A stretch of 64,000 nucleotides of DNA from Candidatus Latescibacterota bacterium (GTDB lineage Bacteria; Latescibacterota; UBA2968; UBA8231), in NCBI GenBank assembly GCA_963422735.1, contig OY730476.1, positions 224,001 through 288,000 on the forward strand, in the 5' to 3' direction. Every line of letters starts with the position of its first letter. The stretch's first letter is position 1. Shown in pieces: positions 1 to 9,407 of this stretch. Under the pieces are notes generated by a model that saw only the letters and a program-made list of their open reading frames with translations, ran no database searches and was not told where the DNA came from. A program made the position numbers and the translations under genes.

Positions 1-137
1 ACGCAAATCCCAACATTGCCGCCACCGCCTTGCAACACATACACCGCGTCGCTGAGCTGGTCCAGCGACAGCTCGGCAGCCGCTGGACCAGCCGCTAACA
101 GTGCCACAATTAATGTTCGAGCATTTAATAAGCGCAT
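1..137 (-). CDS. N-terminus of secreted MBL-fold metallo-hydrolase-like protein (runs off window)
   Basis: Manual translation from ATG at 137: MRLLNARTLIVALLAAGPAAAELSLDQLSDAVYVLQGGGGNVGIC; signal peptide, then a VYVLxGxGGN motif typical of cyclase-like MBL proteins. Confidence 0.6.
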   Translation of the reverse strand, partial: MRLLNARTLIVALLAAGPAAAELSLDQLSDAVYVLQGGGGNVGIC

Positions 138-259
138 AGTTTTTCTCCGCGATTGCTGAGGAAGCATACCATATCTCTCCGGTCTCTTCGGTAGGAAACT
201 CTTCGCTTCTCCGCACCTTTAGGCGTGCTCCTTACCTACTTACAAATGACGTAAACGGC

Positions 260-1897
260 TCACCGCTCGCTATTTCTCTCTTCTATCGTTACATACCGAT
301 TGACCTGCAGGTCGGTAAAAATCTCGCAGTGCTGGTCGGGCCAGCGCACTTCGAGCGTATCGACCCGCTTGACGCGCCCTAGCCCGAAGTGGAGGCGGCG
401 GTCCTCGCTGGAGAGAAAACTGCTGCCGCAGACGAGGTCGCGGATCTGCGTCCGCTTGCCAGAGACGAGTCGCACGCGGGCACCAATGCCATCGCGGTTG
501 CCGCGCGTACCAACCAAGCGCAAGCCCAGCCAATTCTGCTGGCTGCCCACATCGTTCCGCAACAGCGAGGGCCGATCGTCGAGATTGGCAACAAATACAT
601 CCAAGTCGCCGTCATCGTCAAAGTCGAACATGTTGGTTCCTCGGCTGACGCGGGCCTCCTCACGGCCGAGCGCGACCTTGGTAAAAATGCCGTCGCCAAC
701 ATTGGCAAAAAGATGATTGGGTTGGGCATACGCACTGCCGCTACCGGCGCGGTCGATCTGCGGATACACGTGGCCATTGGCCACCAACAAATCGAGGTCG
801 CCATCGTGGTCAAAGTCGAAAAACCCAGCGCCAAAACCCACGTGCGTCCCCCCCGTGTGTCCCAAGACAGCTTCCGCGCTGACATCCGCAAAGGTGCCGT
901 CGCCCTCGTTGCGATAGAGAGTATTGTACTCGTCTTCAAAATGCGTGGCGAGCAAATCGGGGCGGCCGTCATTGTCGTAGTCGCCCCAAGCCACCCCCAT
1001 GCTCGCTTGGATTTGTCCGCTACGGCCATAGGCCAAGCGGGCCGGAAGGGAGCGGTCGATAAAGCGGCCATCGCCGCGATTGCGATAAAAAAAGTTCGGG
1101 CTGGAGTCATTGGCCACGAACAGGTCGGGCCAGCCGTCGGCATCCATGTCCACAAACAGTACGCCCAAGCCGTAGCCTGGAGAAGGGTGGTTGAGACGCG
1201 CCCAAGCGGTGATGTCGGCAAACTCGTCGCCGTCGTTGCGATAAAACACATCCGCGGCCCCCATTAATCCCCCTGGGCCGACAAAGACCTTCACCCCCTT
1301 CCATTGCGCCCCCAAGCGCTCGACCGCAGCGGAATCGAATACCGCATAGCTCGCCACGTACAGGTCGAGGTCGCCATCGCGGTCGTAGTCGGCCCAAGCC
1401 GCGCCCGTACTCCAATGGGGCATAGCCACGCCAGCTGCTGCGGCCACATCGACAAACTCGTCGCCGTCGTTGCGAAAGAGCAAATTCTCCCGCAATTGAG
1501 TCGCGTACAAGTCTTGGTCCCCATCGTTGTCAAAGTCCGCGCTGGTTGCGCCCATGCCCCAACCGCGGCCCGCGGTCCCAAACACCTCGCCCACATCAGC
1601 AAAGCCGGCTAGCCCATCGTTGCGGAAAAGCGCGTGGCCGCCGCCTTTGCCATTGACCCAGTAGAGGTCTTGGTCGCCGTCGCGATCAAAGTCGAGCGCG
1701 GCCGTGCCGCCGCCTTTGGCCTCGGGGATATAGCCCTTTTCCAAGCTGCCGCTCGTATGGACGCGGGTCAGGCCGAGTTCAGCGGCCACATCGACGAAGG
1801 GTGGAGGCTCGGCGGTAGCGCAGCACGTCCACAGGATGATTGCGCAGAGGCCGCTGGCTATGTTTGGGGAAAACGCGGGCACTAGAATCATTCCCAT
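260..1897 (-). CDS. CRTAC1-family FG-GAP/VCBS repeat protein with C-terminal ASPIC/UnbV domain
   Basis: About 6 DxDxDGxxDL repeats; C-terminal NRDGIGARV...SSFLSSEDRRLHFGLG...EVRWP. Confidence 0.9.
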   Translation of the reverse strand: MGMILVPAFSPNIASGLCAIILWTCCATAEPPPFVDVAAELGLTRVHTSGSLEKGYIPEAKGGGTAALDFDRDGDQDLYWVNGKGGGHALFRNDGLAGFADVGEVFGTAGRGWGMGATSADFDNDGDQDLYATQLRENLLFRNDGDEFVDVAAAAGVAMPHWSTGAAWADYDRDGDLDLYVASYAVFDSAAVERLGAQWKGVKVFVGPGGLMGAADVFYRNDGDEFADITAWARLNHPSPGYGLGVLFVDMDADGWPDLFVANDSSPNFFYRNRGDGRFIDRSLPARLAYGRSGQIQASMGVAWGDYDNDGRPDLLATHFEDEYNTLYRNEGDGTFADVSAEAVLGHTGGTHVGFGAGFFDFDHDGDLDLLVANGHVYPQIDRAGSGSAYAQPNHLFANVGDGIFTKVALGREEARVSRGTNMFDFDDDGDLDVFVANLDDRPSLLRNDVGSQQNWLGLRLVGTRGNRDGIGARVRLVSGKRTQIRDLVCGSSFLSSEDRRLHFGLGRVKRVDTLEVRWPDQHCEIFTDLQVNRYVTIEERNSER

Positions 1898-1921
1898 AGG
1901 GGCAGCCCTTGTGGGTGCCCT
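1893..1921. repeat. REP-like palindrome
   Basis: TAGGGGCAGCCCTTGTGGGTGCCC: GGGCA(G)CCC/GGGTGCCC hairpin resembling GTAG-type REPs. Confidence 0.5.
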
Positions 1922-1945
1922 TTTTTAATTACGGACTTTCTTTAA

Positions 1946-2092
1946 TTAGTGGTTAGTGGTTAGTGGTTAGTGGTTAGGGGTTAGTGGTTAGGGGTTAGGG
2001 GTTAGTGGTTAGGGGTTAGGGGTTAGTGGTTAGGGGTTAGTGGTTAGTGGTTAGGGGTTAGTGGTTAGGGGTTAGGGGTTAGGGGTTAGGGG
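1946..2092. repeat. Heptamer tandem array (TTAG[T/G]GG)x21
   Basis: Counted 10 TTAGTGG and 11 TTAGGGG units over 147 bp. Confidence 0.97.
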
Positions 2093-2095
2093 TCC

Positions 2096-2267
2096 GTCTC
2101 ATCCGCCCTCTTGGCGACTGGTCCCGGAACATTGACGCGGGGGACCGCGCTGGCCCGGACGAGGGCTACGGGCCAGCCGAGTGAAACCGGAATTCCCAAC
2201 CGTACACTAGGAAATTCCGATAGAATATATAGGACGGCCACAAAGGCCGAGGATGGGCGTATGAGAC
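2096..2267. other. Structured non-coding element (multi-branched RNA or MITE)
   Basis: Imperfect terminal inverted repeat 2096-2115/2246-2267 enclosing hairpins 2120-2146, 2149-2177 and 2188-2219. Confidence 0.5.
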
Positions 2268-2272
2268 AGCTA

Positions 2273-4765
2273 TTAGTACACGCTAGCGACGAGTTTGGTG
2301 CTTGTCGTTTGCTCGCCTTCGGCGTCAACTTCCACACCGACGCGACACAAATACAGTCCTGGCGGCAGCAGCCGGCCCTGTCGGTCCCGCCCATCCCAAG
2401 TCAGCCGCTGGACCCCCGCAGCGGTCGCGGCCGCCTGCTCTACGCGCTGCACCGATTGGCCGCCTAGGCCATAGACTTCGAGAATCAACGCCTTGGCTCC
2501 CTGCACTTGGAACACCGGAAAGACCAATTCCACCACGTCGTTGATCCCGTCCCCATTGGGCGTAAACGGATTGGACGACGCGGCCACCTCACCCAAAACT
2601 GCCTTGGTAAAGGGCGCGAACACGGTCAGGCCGCGGCCCGCGTTGACTCGGCTATCTACGCGCTGCCACACTTGGTCGGTCCCTTGGCCGTGCCCGACCT
2701 GCACCTCAAAGGCGTTGCTCACCAAATAGAGCGCGCCGGAAAAGCGCAGCGACACGAGATCCTGCCCCTGCACGACCGGCGCGGGCAGCCGCACCCACAG
2801 CGAATCCGGGCCGGTCGGTAGCCTCTCTAGCTGATCGCGTCCATACTGCTCCTCACCCACGGCTCCGTCGATCAGGTCCATTTCCGCACCCGGCGGTAGC
2901 TCCACCAGCACTTGGTCGAACCCGCTGTTGCCTTCTTGGAACGCGGGCCGCAAGAGCAAGGTCAAGGTCTGCGGCTGCCCGCGCTGGGGCGTTCTGCTGG
3001 GGGTAATCTCGCCGCGGATCTGGCTGGCGAGGGGCGCATCCAGCGCGAGGCGCAGGGAGCGCAGCAACACGGCCGCGTCTGGATCGTCCGAGCGCAGGGT
3101 AGCCTCGATCATCACGTAGCGGCGCGGATTCGGCGAAGTGATGGGCGCGCCCGGGGTCGCATAAGGAAAACTCCAAGGGCTCCAATCCGGGCCGGGGATG
3201 ACGGTAGTGGTTGAATCGCCGCGCTGAAAGCTGAGCAATTTGCGGTACTTGGCCTCGTTCACTTCTTGGCCCGTGCTCGAGAAGTAGCGGATTTGCTGGT
3301 CGAGTTGGTTCCCACTGCGGGTGCGGACGCGCACTTGAGTGACAGGCGGCGCGTTGGCCGTCCAGTGCATGGCCGACAGAATGCGGGCCGTGCGCCCCAA
3401 TTCGATCGGCTCAGATGTGAGCGATACCTCGGGGAGAAAGCCGCGTCCGTATAGCTGGAGCTCGCGGATGGCCGGGCGGGCCGATCCCTTGACCAAGGTG
3501 TAATCCATCCTGAAGTAACGCGCCTTGGTCAGCGGAAACACATTGTCCTGAAAGAGAATGCTGCGATGCGTGGTCGCCTCGCCACCTTCTTGGCCGCGCG
3601 CCGTCAATGCGACGTAACTCAAGCTGCCGTCCGGTGCGCGGCTGCCGTCGGAAAGCCCGATCACGTAATTGGGAAACGCTTGGCTATACCTATCGCCAAA
3701 GACGATGGCGGCGCGATTCACCCAGTACCAGGTTCCCAAGTCGAAATAGATATTGCGATGCGGATCCTGAAATACAACCGCCGGGTCGGTGGTGTTAAAG
3801 CCCACTTCCACGCTCCAGAAAGATCCCCACTGGCCATCGACAGTTAGCTTTTCCGCGCCCAAGTTGCCGTAGCCGATAATCTCCCCGCCGCGGGCTATAG
3901 CGCCAAGGCTAATGTTGTCGCCCGCGGTCCATACCTCAATTTCGGTCAGCCGCGGCCTTTCCCGGCGGTAGTATTCGACCGGACCTTGCCATTCCGTCTC
4001 GATGGCCTCGTATGTAGCTTGATCTACCTGCCGCAAAACGCCGGAAGACTCGCGGCGGAAGTAGAGCACATCGCCGCGCTCTTCCTCCGGTAGGCTGTTC
4101 CAGCGTGCGGCACTGATTTGCTCGGCTTGGCCCAAGTCGCTGGCCGTCGCCACCACCTGGAGAAACTGAATCAGACGACCGGTAAGCCCCGGGTCCACTT
4201 TTCGCGTAGGCTGCAACTCGAACTCATAGACGCGCTGCGATTTGTTTAATCCCTTGCTGTGGCCGGCTGGCAAGTAGTTGAAGGACCCGCTTTGCAGGAA
4301 GGCGGGATCGCCGTTGGCGGTGAGCACCTTGAACTGGAGGAATGGATCGCCTTGGCCTTCAACGGCGAATTTCACCACCACCTTTTGCGCCCATACCAGC
4401 CGCCCTAAGTCGATTTCGATCCACCACTTGTCGAGTGCATCCGCTAAGTCTGGTTCCCAGAAGGTATCCTCCCGGCCATCTAGGATGTTCGCGGCCCCTG
4501 CTGGGTTGGTTCCAGCATGGCGGATGCCGCCCTGTACTCCATCCCCATAGGTGAACCCGCTAGCGTCCAAGGCGGCGTTGATCTGCTCGCGGACCAATGC
4601 AGGCTGGACGCCCTCGGCACTGAAGTCCAAACTGCCCGGCGGGAAGTTCCACGCCGGCCAATGCTCTGGGGCGACGTTCAACTCGTTCTCGTCGAGTTGG
4701 TACGCTTGGCACCACGCCGAAGACGCCATCAGCAGGGCTATGCCCACAATCGCAACGCTTTTCAC
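2273..4765 (-). CDS. Secreted protein with discoidin-like domains and C-terminal FTPNGDG/FlgD-Ig domain (paralog 1)
   Basis: Signal peptide; ILDGREDTFW...IEIDLG; C-terminal NPFTPNGDGIND...WDGRD..G..LPPGLY. Confidence 0.85.
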   Translation of the reverse strand: MKSVAIVGIALLMASSAWCQAYQLDENELNVAPEHWPAWNFPPGSLDFSAEGVQPALVREQINAALDASGFTYGDGVQGGIRHAGTNPAGAANILDGREDTFWEPDLADALDKWWIEIDLGRLVWAQKVVVKFAVEGQGDPFLQFKVLTANGDPAFLQSGSFNYLPAGHSKGLNKSQRVYEFELQPTRKVDPGLTGRLIQFLQVVATASDLGQAEQISAARWNSLPEEERGDVLYFRRESSGVLRQVDQATYEAIETEWQGPVEYYRRERPRLTEIEVWTAGDNISLGAIARGGEIIGYGNLGAEKLTVDGQWGSFWSVEVGFNTTDPAVVFQDPHRNIYFDLGTWYWVNRAAIVFGDRYSQAFPNYVIGLSDGSRAPDGSLSYVALTARGQEGGEATTHRSILFQDNVFPLTKARYFRMDYTLVKGSARPAIRELQLYGRGFLPEVSLTSEPIELGRTARILSAMHWTANAPPVTQVRVRTRSGNQLDQQIRYFSSTGQEVNEAKYRKLLSFQRGDSTTTVIPGPDWSPWSFPYATPGAPITSPNPRRYVMIEATLRSDDPDAAVLLRSLRLALDAPLASQIRGEITPSRTPQRGQPQTLTLLLRPAFQEGNSGFDQVLVELPPGAEMDLIDGAVGEEQYGRDQLERLPTGPDSLWVRLPAPVVQGQDLVSLRFSGALYLVSNAFEVQVGHGQGTDQVWQRVDSRVNAGRGLTVFAPFTKAVLGEVAASSNPFTPNGDGINDVVELVFPVFQVQGAKALILEVYGLGGQSVQRVEQAAATAAGVQRLTWDGRDRQGRLLPPGLYLCRVGVEVDAEGEQTTSTKLVASVY

Positions 4766-4833
4766 AGTAGTACCTCAATCCCAAAATGAGCCGCTCCAAT
4801 ACGGATTCTCCACTCACAATTCGCAATTCGCAA

Positions 4834-4943
4834 CTGCCGTTACGCACGGATGGTTTAGGAATGAGATGCTGGGGACGCTAGGGTCGTGTCATGCTGAGCG
4901 CAGCCGAAGGAAACACCAACGTCTCAACGCTGCGTAACATCAC
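4834..4943. mobile_element. Degenerate MITE (same terminal inverted repeat family as 19582-19801)
   Basis: Ends CTGCCGTTACGCA...GCTGCGTAACATCA; flanks TTCGCAA/TTCGTAA; internal REP-like TGTCATGCTGAGCGCAGCCGAAG. Confidence 0.6.
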
Positions 4944-4951
4944 TTCGTAAT

Positions 4952-6073
4952 TCAATACGAATCCCCCACTTGCCAGCGGTGCCTTTCCACTCCATCCATA
5001 TCCAGTTCAATCCCAAAACCCGGCCCTTCTGGCAACACAATGCAACTGCCCACCACCTGCAGCGGCTCGGTGATGATCTCGTCCCGCCACGCAATGCCGG
5101 TGACAAACTCCATGGGGGCTACATTCGGTATGGAGGCCATCAAATGCGCGGCCGCTATGATGCCGATCGGGCCTTTGGTGTTGTGCGGCGATATGGGGAC
5201 GTGAAAAGTGTCGGCAATGGCCGCGATTTTGCGGACCTCAGTGATCCCACCGGCGTACATCAGGTCGGGCTGCGCCACGTCAATGCCGTCTAGGTCCAAC
5301 AATTGACGGTAGTGACTCTTGGTGTTGAGCCGCTCGCTGCCCATGACCGGAATGGAGATTTCCCGCCGCACCTTGGGGTAGGCGTGTAGGTCTTCCGGCG
5401 GCACGGGATCTTCAAACACGTAGAGGTCGTACGGTTCTATCGCACGGGCCAAGCGGATACACTGGGCCACCGTGAAGCGGCCGTGGCAATCGATCAATAG
5501 CTTGACATCCGGCCCCACCGCATCCCGCACCGCAGCGAAGTGGGCGGCCGTCTCGGCCGGATGGCCGTCGTCCGCGTACTGACCAAAGCTGCACCGGTTC
5601 CGCGTACGCGCTCCGCCCTTGAGCGCGGTGTACCCTTCATCCACCTTTTCCCGCGCCATTTTCGCCGAATCCTCGGGCGTGGCACCGCCAAAGTGCGTAT
5701 AGAGCTCGACCCGGTCTCGGAATTTGCCGCCCAACAGCTCGACTACCGGCAGGTTCGCCACCTTGCCCTTGATGTCCCACAGGGCTTGGTCAATGCCGCT
5801 CATGGCGCTCATCCACACAGGCCCTGCCATGCGCCAGATGCCGCTCAGCGAGGAGCGCAGATAGAGCTTGTGCCACAAGTACTCGATGCGCGCCGGGTCT
5901 TCGCCGATCAACTCCTGCTTGAGGTGCTCAACCGCAGAGACTACCACCGGCTCCTTGTTGGAATACGTGGCCTCGCCCAAGCCCACTAGGCCCTCGTCTG
6001 TAAAGACCCGCACAATAGTCCATTTGCGGCCCGGCGAGTCAATCAGAATGGTATCAATATCATGTATTTTCAT
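4952..6073 (-). CDS. Mandelate racemase/galactonate dehydratase-like enolase-superfamily enzyme
   Basis: SGIDQALWDIKGK, IDCHGRF, FEDP, GSE, AQPD, SPHN motifs. Confidence 0.9.
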   Translation of the reverse strand: MKIHDIDTILIDSPGRKWTIVRVFTDEGLVGLGEATYSNKEPVVVSAVEHLKQELIGEDPARIEYLWHKLYLRSSLSGIWRMAGPVWMSAMSGIDQALWDIKGKVANLPVVELLGGKFRDRVELYTHFGGATPEDSAKMAREKVDEGYTALKGGARTRNRCSFGQYADDGHPAETAAHFAAVRDAVGPDVKLLIDCHGRFTVAQCIRLARAIEPYDLYVFEDPVPPEDLHAYPKVRREISIPVMGSERLNTKSHYRQLLDLDGIDVAQPDLMYAGGITEVRKIAAIADTFHVPISPHNTKGPIGIIAAAHLMASIPNVAPMEFVTGIAWRDEIITEPLQVVGSCIVLPEGPGFGIELDMDGVERHRWQVGDSY

Positions 6074-6264
6074 CGGTTCCCTATTTTTCCTTTGGAGGAT
6101 AGGCCGGCATGAAAGGCCATATCAGTCATCGCTCATCGTCCACTTTGCAAACTCCCTTATGTAGAAGGGCCGAGAGGAATAGGCCGGCAGCCAATCTCTT
6201 GGTTTCTGTCATGGACCGATGCATATCAATCTCCTTTCGCACTCAGCGACGCAGGCGGGCGTTT

Positions 6265-6753
6265 TCAATCAAACAGCGGCGACACTTCTTGCGCCACAAT
6301 GCGAGTTGCTTCTTGGTAAAACTCATCGAGAATGGACTCGTCGTCCGACCTGAAGTCCTTCACGAAGTCCTTATTGATGATGAGTGTCTGCTCCAGTATT
6401 GCTTCGTCCTTGAGTGCATCCTGCACTACCAACTGCACTTGGGAGCTTAATCTCTGTAGTTCGGTATTAAAGCTATAGAAACCAACCATGTACCAGTTTA
6501 CAATGTAATCCAAGGTGTAGCGAATGTCCTTGGCCGAGGGATCCGTGATCTAGCGGACGCGGCTGAGCCATCTGAGCTCGTCCAAGAGGGCTGGTCGAAC
6601 CGACTCATGCAGTGCTAGTATTTTTTTCTTAGCCTTCATTTTTCTCTGCGTAGAGACCTTAAATATCCTGAAAAAGGTGTCACTGCTTCCTTGACCGTGA
6701 AACTGAACCAGATGTAGGATTGCTATACCTAGATGCCCATGCGTAACGTCCAT
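6265..6753 (-). pseudogene. Hypothetical protein interrupted by an in-frame TAG
   Basis: ATG at 6753 reads to TAG at 6552-6550; the same frame continues (ITDPSAKDIRYTLDYIVNWY...) to 6265; lower GC than the flanks. Confidence 0.5.
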
Positions 6754-6782
6754 TGGACTTCTGTCGCGTAGTAAGCTCCTTG

Positions 6783-8771
6783 TCAAATCTGAGTCAGAAA
6801 GCTGCCTACATGCCCGGTGATGTAATCGGCCATTAGCCAGACGCCGGCCGCGACCACTTCTCCGAGGATCAGCCCTAGAAAGAACGGACGCAAGCTTCGG
6901 TACAGTCGCGGCCCCCCATACTTGAGAATCACCAGCTTGAGCAGCCAAGCTATGAACGCACTGACAAAAATGTGGCCGGTCTTCCAGTTCGCACTAATGG
7001 CGTAGCCGAGCGGATTGAGAGGCCACCACAGCAGGTGGTGCCGCATCCACATCAGCACGGCCATCACCCCGCCTCCGACCGCCATGAACAGCCACGCGTC
7101 GAGGCGCGGGCCGGTCAATTCCGCCGCAATGCGCGGGGCCATGTCCTTGGGGCCGTACGTAGCGGCCCCCCAGCCAAAGAACAGGCCGTTGAGGTTGATT
7201 CCGCCATATTTGTACGCCAACGCCATGGTAACGTACGAAGAGCCGACCAAGCTGACGACAATGGCGATAATCACCGCCCAGAACAGCCGCCGCTTCCCGC
7301 CCTTGATCACCTCGCTCATCTTCAGGCCATTGGCTACCGACGACATGACAAACGAGCGGATCTCCGAGTGCCAGCCATAAGAAAACCCCAAGGCCACCAA
7401 GCCAGAGGCCCCCAAGCTGGAAGCACCGGCACCGGAAATCACAAAGGTCGAGGTCATAATGGGGGGGCGCATCGCCGGAATGCCTCCTTCGGCGACCACC
7501 CGCGTTAGGCCCAAAAACAGCACCATCGCCCCAAAGATGAACATCGCCACGCCCAACGGCGGCAGTCCGGCCATCCACAGGCCCAACCCCACCAAGCCGA
7601 GCGACGCCAGCAGTCCGCAGGTGGCCTGCCGGTAAGACAGGATTTCGTCGGTATCTTCTACATCCAGATCGTCGTGCCACGCTTTCCGCCACACAGCCCG
7701 CAAGTGCCCGCGCGACACCCACAGCCCGATCAGCACGAAGACGATCATCGCCCCCATGCCCTGATGGGCTAGGTACGGCTCCCGCGAGTACAGATCCATC
7801 CGCTCCGTGCTTTGCATCCCGAGGACGTTGAAAACGCCTCGCTGCACCGTGGTCAGGATGTAGAACACCCAGATGGACGCGGAAATATCCAAGTTGACAA
7901 AGTAAAAAAAGCCGATCCAAGGCGGACTAAACCACAGGTCCAGGCGCACACTATCGCGGAATAGGGGGAGCGACGCATTCCGCACAATCCCGGGCACCTC
8001 CGGGAAATAGGCGTGTAGTCCATTGACGCTGAGCGAGACAAATGCGAACGCAAATCCCAGCCACATCGTCTTATTAGTAAAAAACGCCCGCCCAATAGCC
8101 CGCCCCTGCTCGCGCTGAATCATCTCCATCGGCACCTGTACCAACGGATACGCTAGCTTTTCTCGATCTACCCATTGCTTGCGCAGGATGACCATCGTGC
8201 AAATCATCGCTGCACTAAGTGCCAAGAAAAAGCTGTACCAATAGGTCAGCGGTAGCACCCACGCGCTCCAAGGGATGGCGGCCCCTTCCGGCAGCCCTTC
8301 AAAGAAGTAGCGCGCCACGTTTTCGCCGCGCGGGATCATCCACGTGGGGATGTACTGATTGTATAAAAAGTCCCAGTTGTTCTCCGGCGTCGCATAGTAC
8401 GTAGAGCCGACCAGACAGGGGATGATAAACTGGGTAAACCCCATCCCGGGAATGCAGCAAGCGACCACCAACATGACGTAGATGGTAATCAGCTCGGATT
8501 GGGTCAGGGCTAAGGAGCGGCGCAGGCAGTACACGAGGCCGCTGGCGGGTACTAAAAAGAAGAAAAAGAAGAGCGCAGCCGGCGTACTAAAATTTAAGGT
8601 CAGGTACGAGCCGCGAATGATGGTCGTCGCGTACGCGTCTAAACCATTGAGCAGAAAGGCGAGCACTGCGCCGATCAGGATGCCCCGCGCGGGGATGCTG
8701 GCGAGACTCTGCTGCCCTTCCTCCGCCGAGTTCACCCATTCGAGGTATGCTGGAGGAATCTGCTTTTTCAA
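6783..8771 (-). CDS. Polytopic membrane protein, DUF6785/DUF6784-like putative transporter
   Basis: Many transmembrane segments; LRKQWVDREKLAYPL, RVVAEGG, WWPLNPLGY, KYGGPRLY..LRPFFLGLILGE. Confidence 0.75.
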   Translation of the reverse strand: MKKQIPPAYLEWVNSAEEGQQSLASIPARGILIGAVLAFLLNGLDAYATTIIRGSYLTLNFSTPAALFFFFFLVPASGLVYCLRRSLALTQSELITIYVMLVVACCIPGMGFTQFIIPCLVGSTYYATPENNWDFLYNQYIPTWMIPRGENVARYFFEGLPEGAAIPWSAWVLPLTYWYSFFLALSAAMICTMVILRKQWVDREKLAYPLVQVPMEMIQREQGRAIGRAFFTNKTMWLGFAFAFVSLSVNGLHAYFPEVPGIVRNASLPLFRDSVRLDLWFSPPWIGFFYFVNLDISASIWVFYILTTVQRGVFNVLGMQSTERMDLYSREPYLAHQGMGAMIVFVLIGLWVSRGHLRAVWRKAWHDDLDVEDTDEILSYRQATCGLLASLGLVGLGLWMAGLPPLGVAMFIFGAMVLFLGLTRVVAEGGIPAMRPPIMTSTFVISGAGASSLGASGLVALGFSYGWHSEIRSFVMSSVANGLKMSEVIKGGKRRLFWAVIIAIVVSLVGSSYVTMALAYKYGGINLNGLFFGWGAATYGPKDMAPRIAAELTGPRLDAWLFMAVGGGVMAVLMWMRHHLLWWPLNPLGYAISANWKTGHIFVSAFIAWLLKLVILKYGGPRLYRSLRPFFLGLILGEVVAAGVWLMADYITGHVGSFLTQI

Positions 8772-8816
8772 TTCCGTTTACCTCGGCCATAGTTCAAATT
8801 CAGTACCAGGATCTTG

Positions 8817-9110
8817 CTACTCGGCTACAACCGCCTTTTCCAAGACTTCTTGAATGTAGCCATTCAAGTTGAGGTGACGACGAGCGGCGTTCAAAGCCAT
8901 GCGACGATGCAGTTTAGGGCTTGCCTGAATCACGATGTTGCCCGAGAAAGGTTCTTCCTGATCCTTTCCTTGTTCTTGGCAAAATGCAAGGTACTCCTCT
9001 CTTTTCTAAGTTCCTTTACCGATGATCCGCAAGTTGATCACCGTTCCGTGAAATGCGTCAATTTCCGGATCAAACGAAACAACTCCCAGATATCCTTTGT
9101 ATTCGATCAT
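8817..9110 (-). pseudogene. hicB: HicB-family antitoxin, frameshifted
   Basis: MIEYKGYLGVVSFDPEIDAFHGTVINLR, then in another frame EYLAFCQEQGKDQEEPFSGNI..SPKLHRRMALNAARRHLNLN. Confidence 0.8.
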
Positions 9111-9293
9111 GGCATAACCCTTACTGCGCTCTTGTCCATATTTGGACTCGAATGTGGACGATGAAACTCCTGCCCGTTCACTCAAGACAGCTCCCAAGGC
9201 TTGCAACAATGCTTCGACATCACGCCACTTGATATTGCCCGATATAGGCTATGCAAATACGTCATTGAATGTTTTCCTATGGCGTTTATTCAT
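9111..9293 (-). pseudogene. hicA: HicA-family toxin with internal stop and deletion
   Basis: MNKRHRKTFNDVFA*PISGNIKWRDVEALLQALGA; FHRPHSSPNMDKSAV in a shifted frame. Confidence 0.75.
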
Positions 9294-9407
9294 TGTTCCA
9301 TGGCCAACACTTATGAGAGTACTTCAGCTATATCACGAGCATCAAGCAACGCAATATGCCACCGCTGTGCCCGACGCGTAATGGTGCTTTCGCAGAGGCC
9401 GCACGAA

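Noticed and set aside
1946-2092. True telomere or CRISPR array
   Set aside because: It is internal and flanked by bacterial genes; units are 7 bp with no spacers; no cas genes
2096-2267. SAM-I or cobalamin riboswitch, or hammerhead ribozyme
   Set aside because: Only scattered words match (CTCATC..ATGAG, GGGAA, GAAAC); core motifs and spacing are absent, and there is no downstream gene on the + strand
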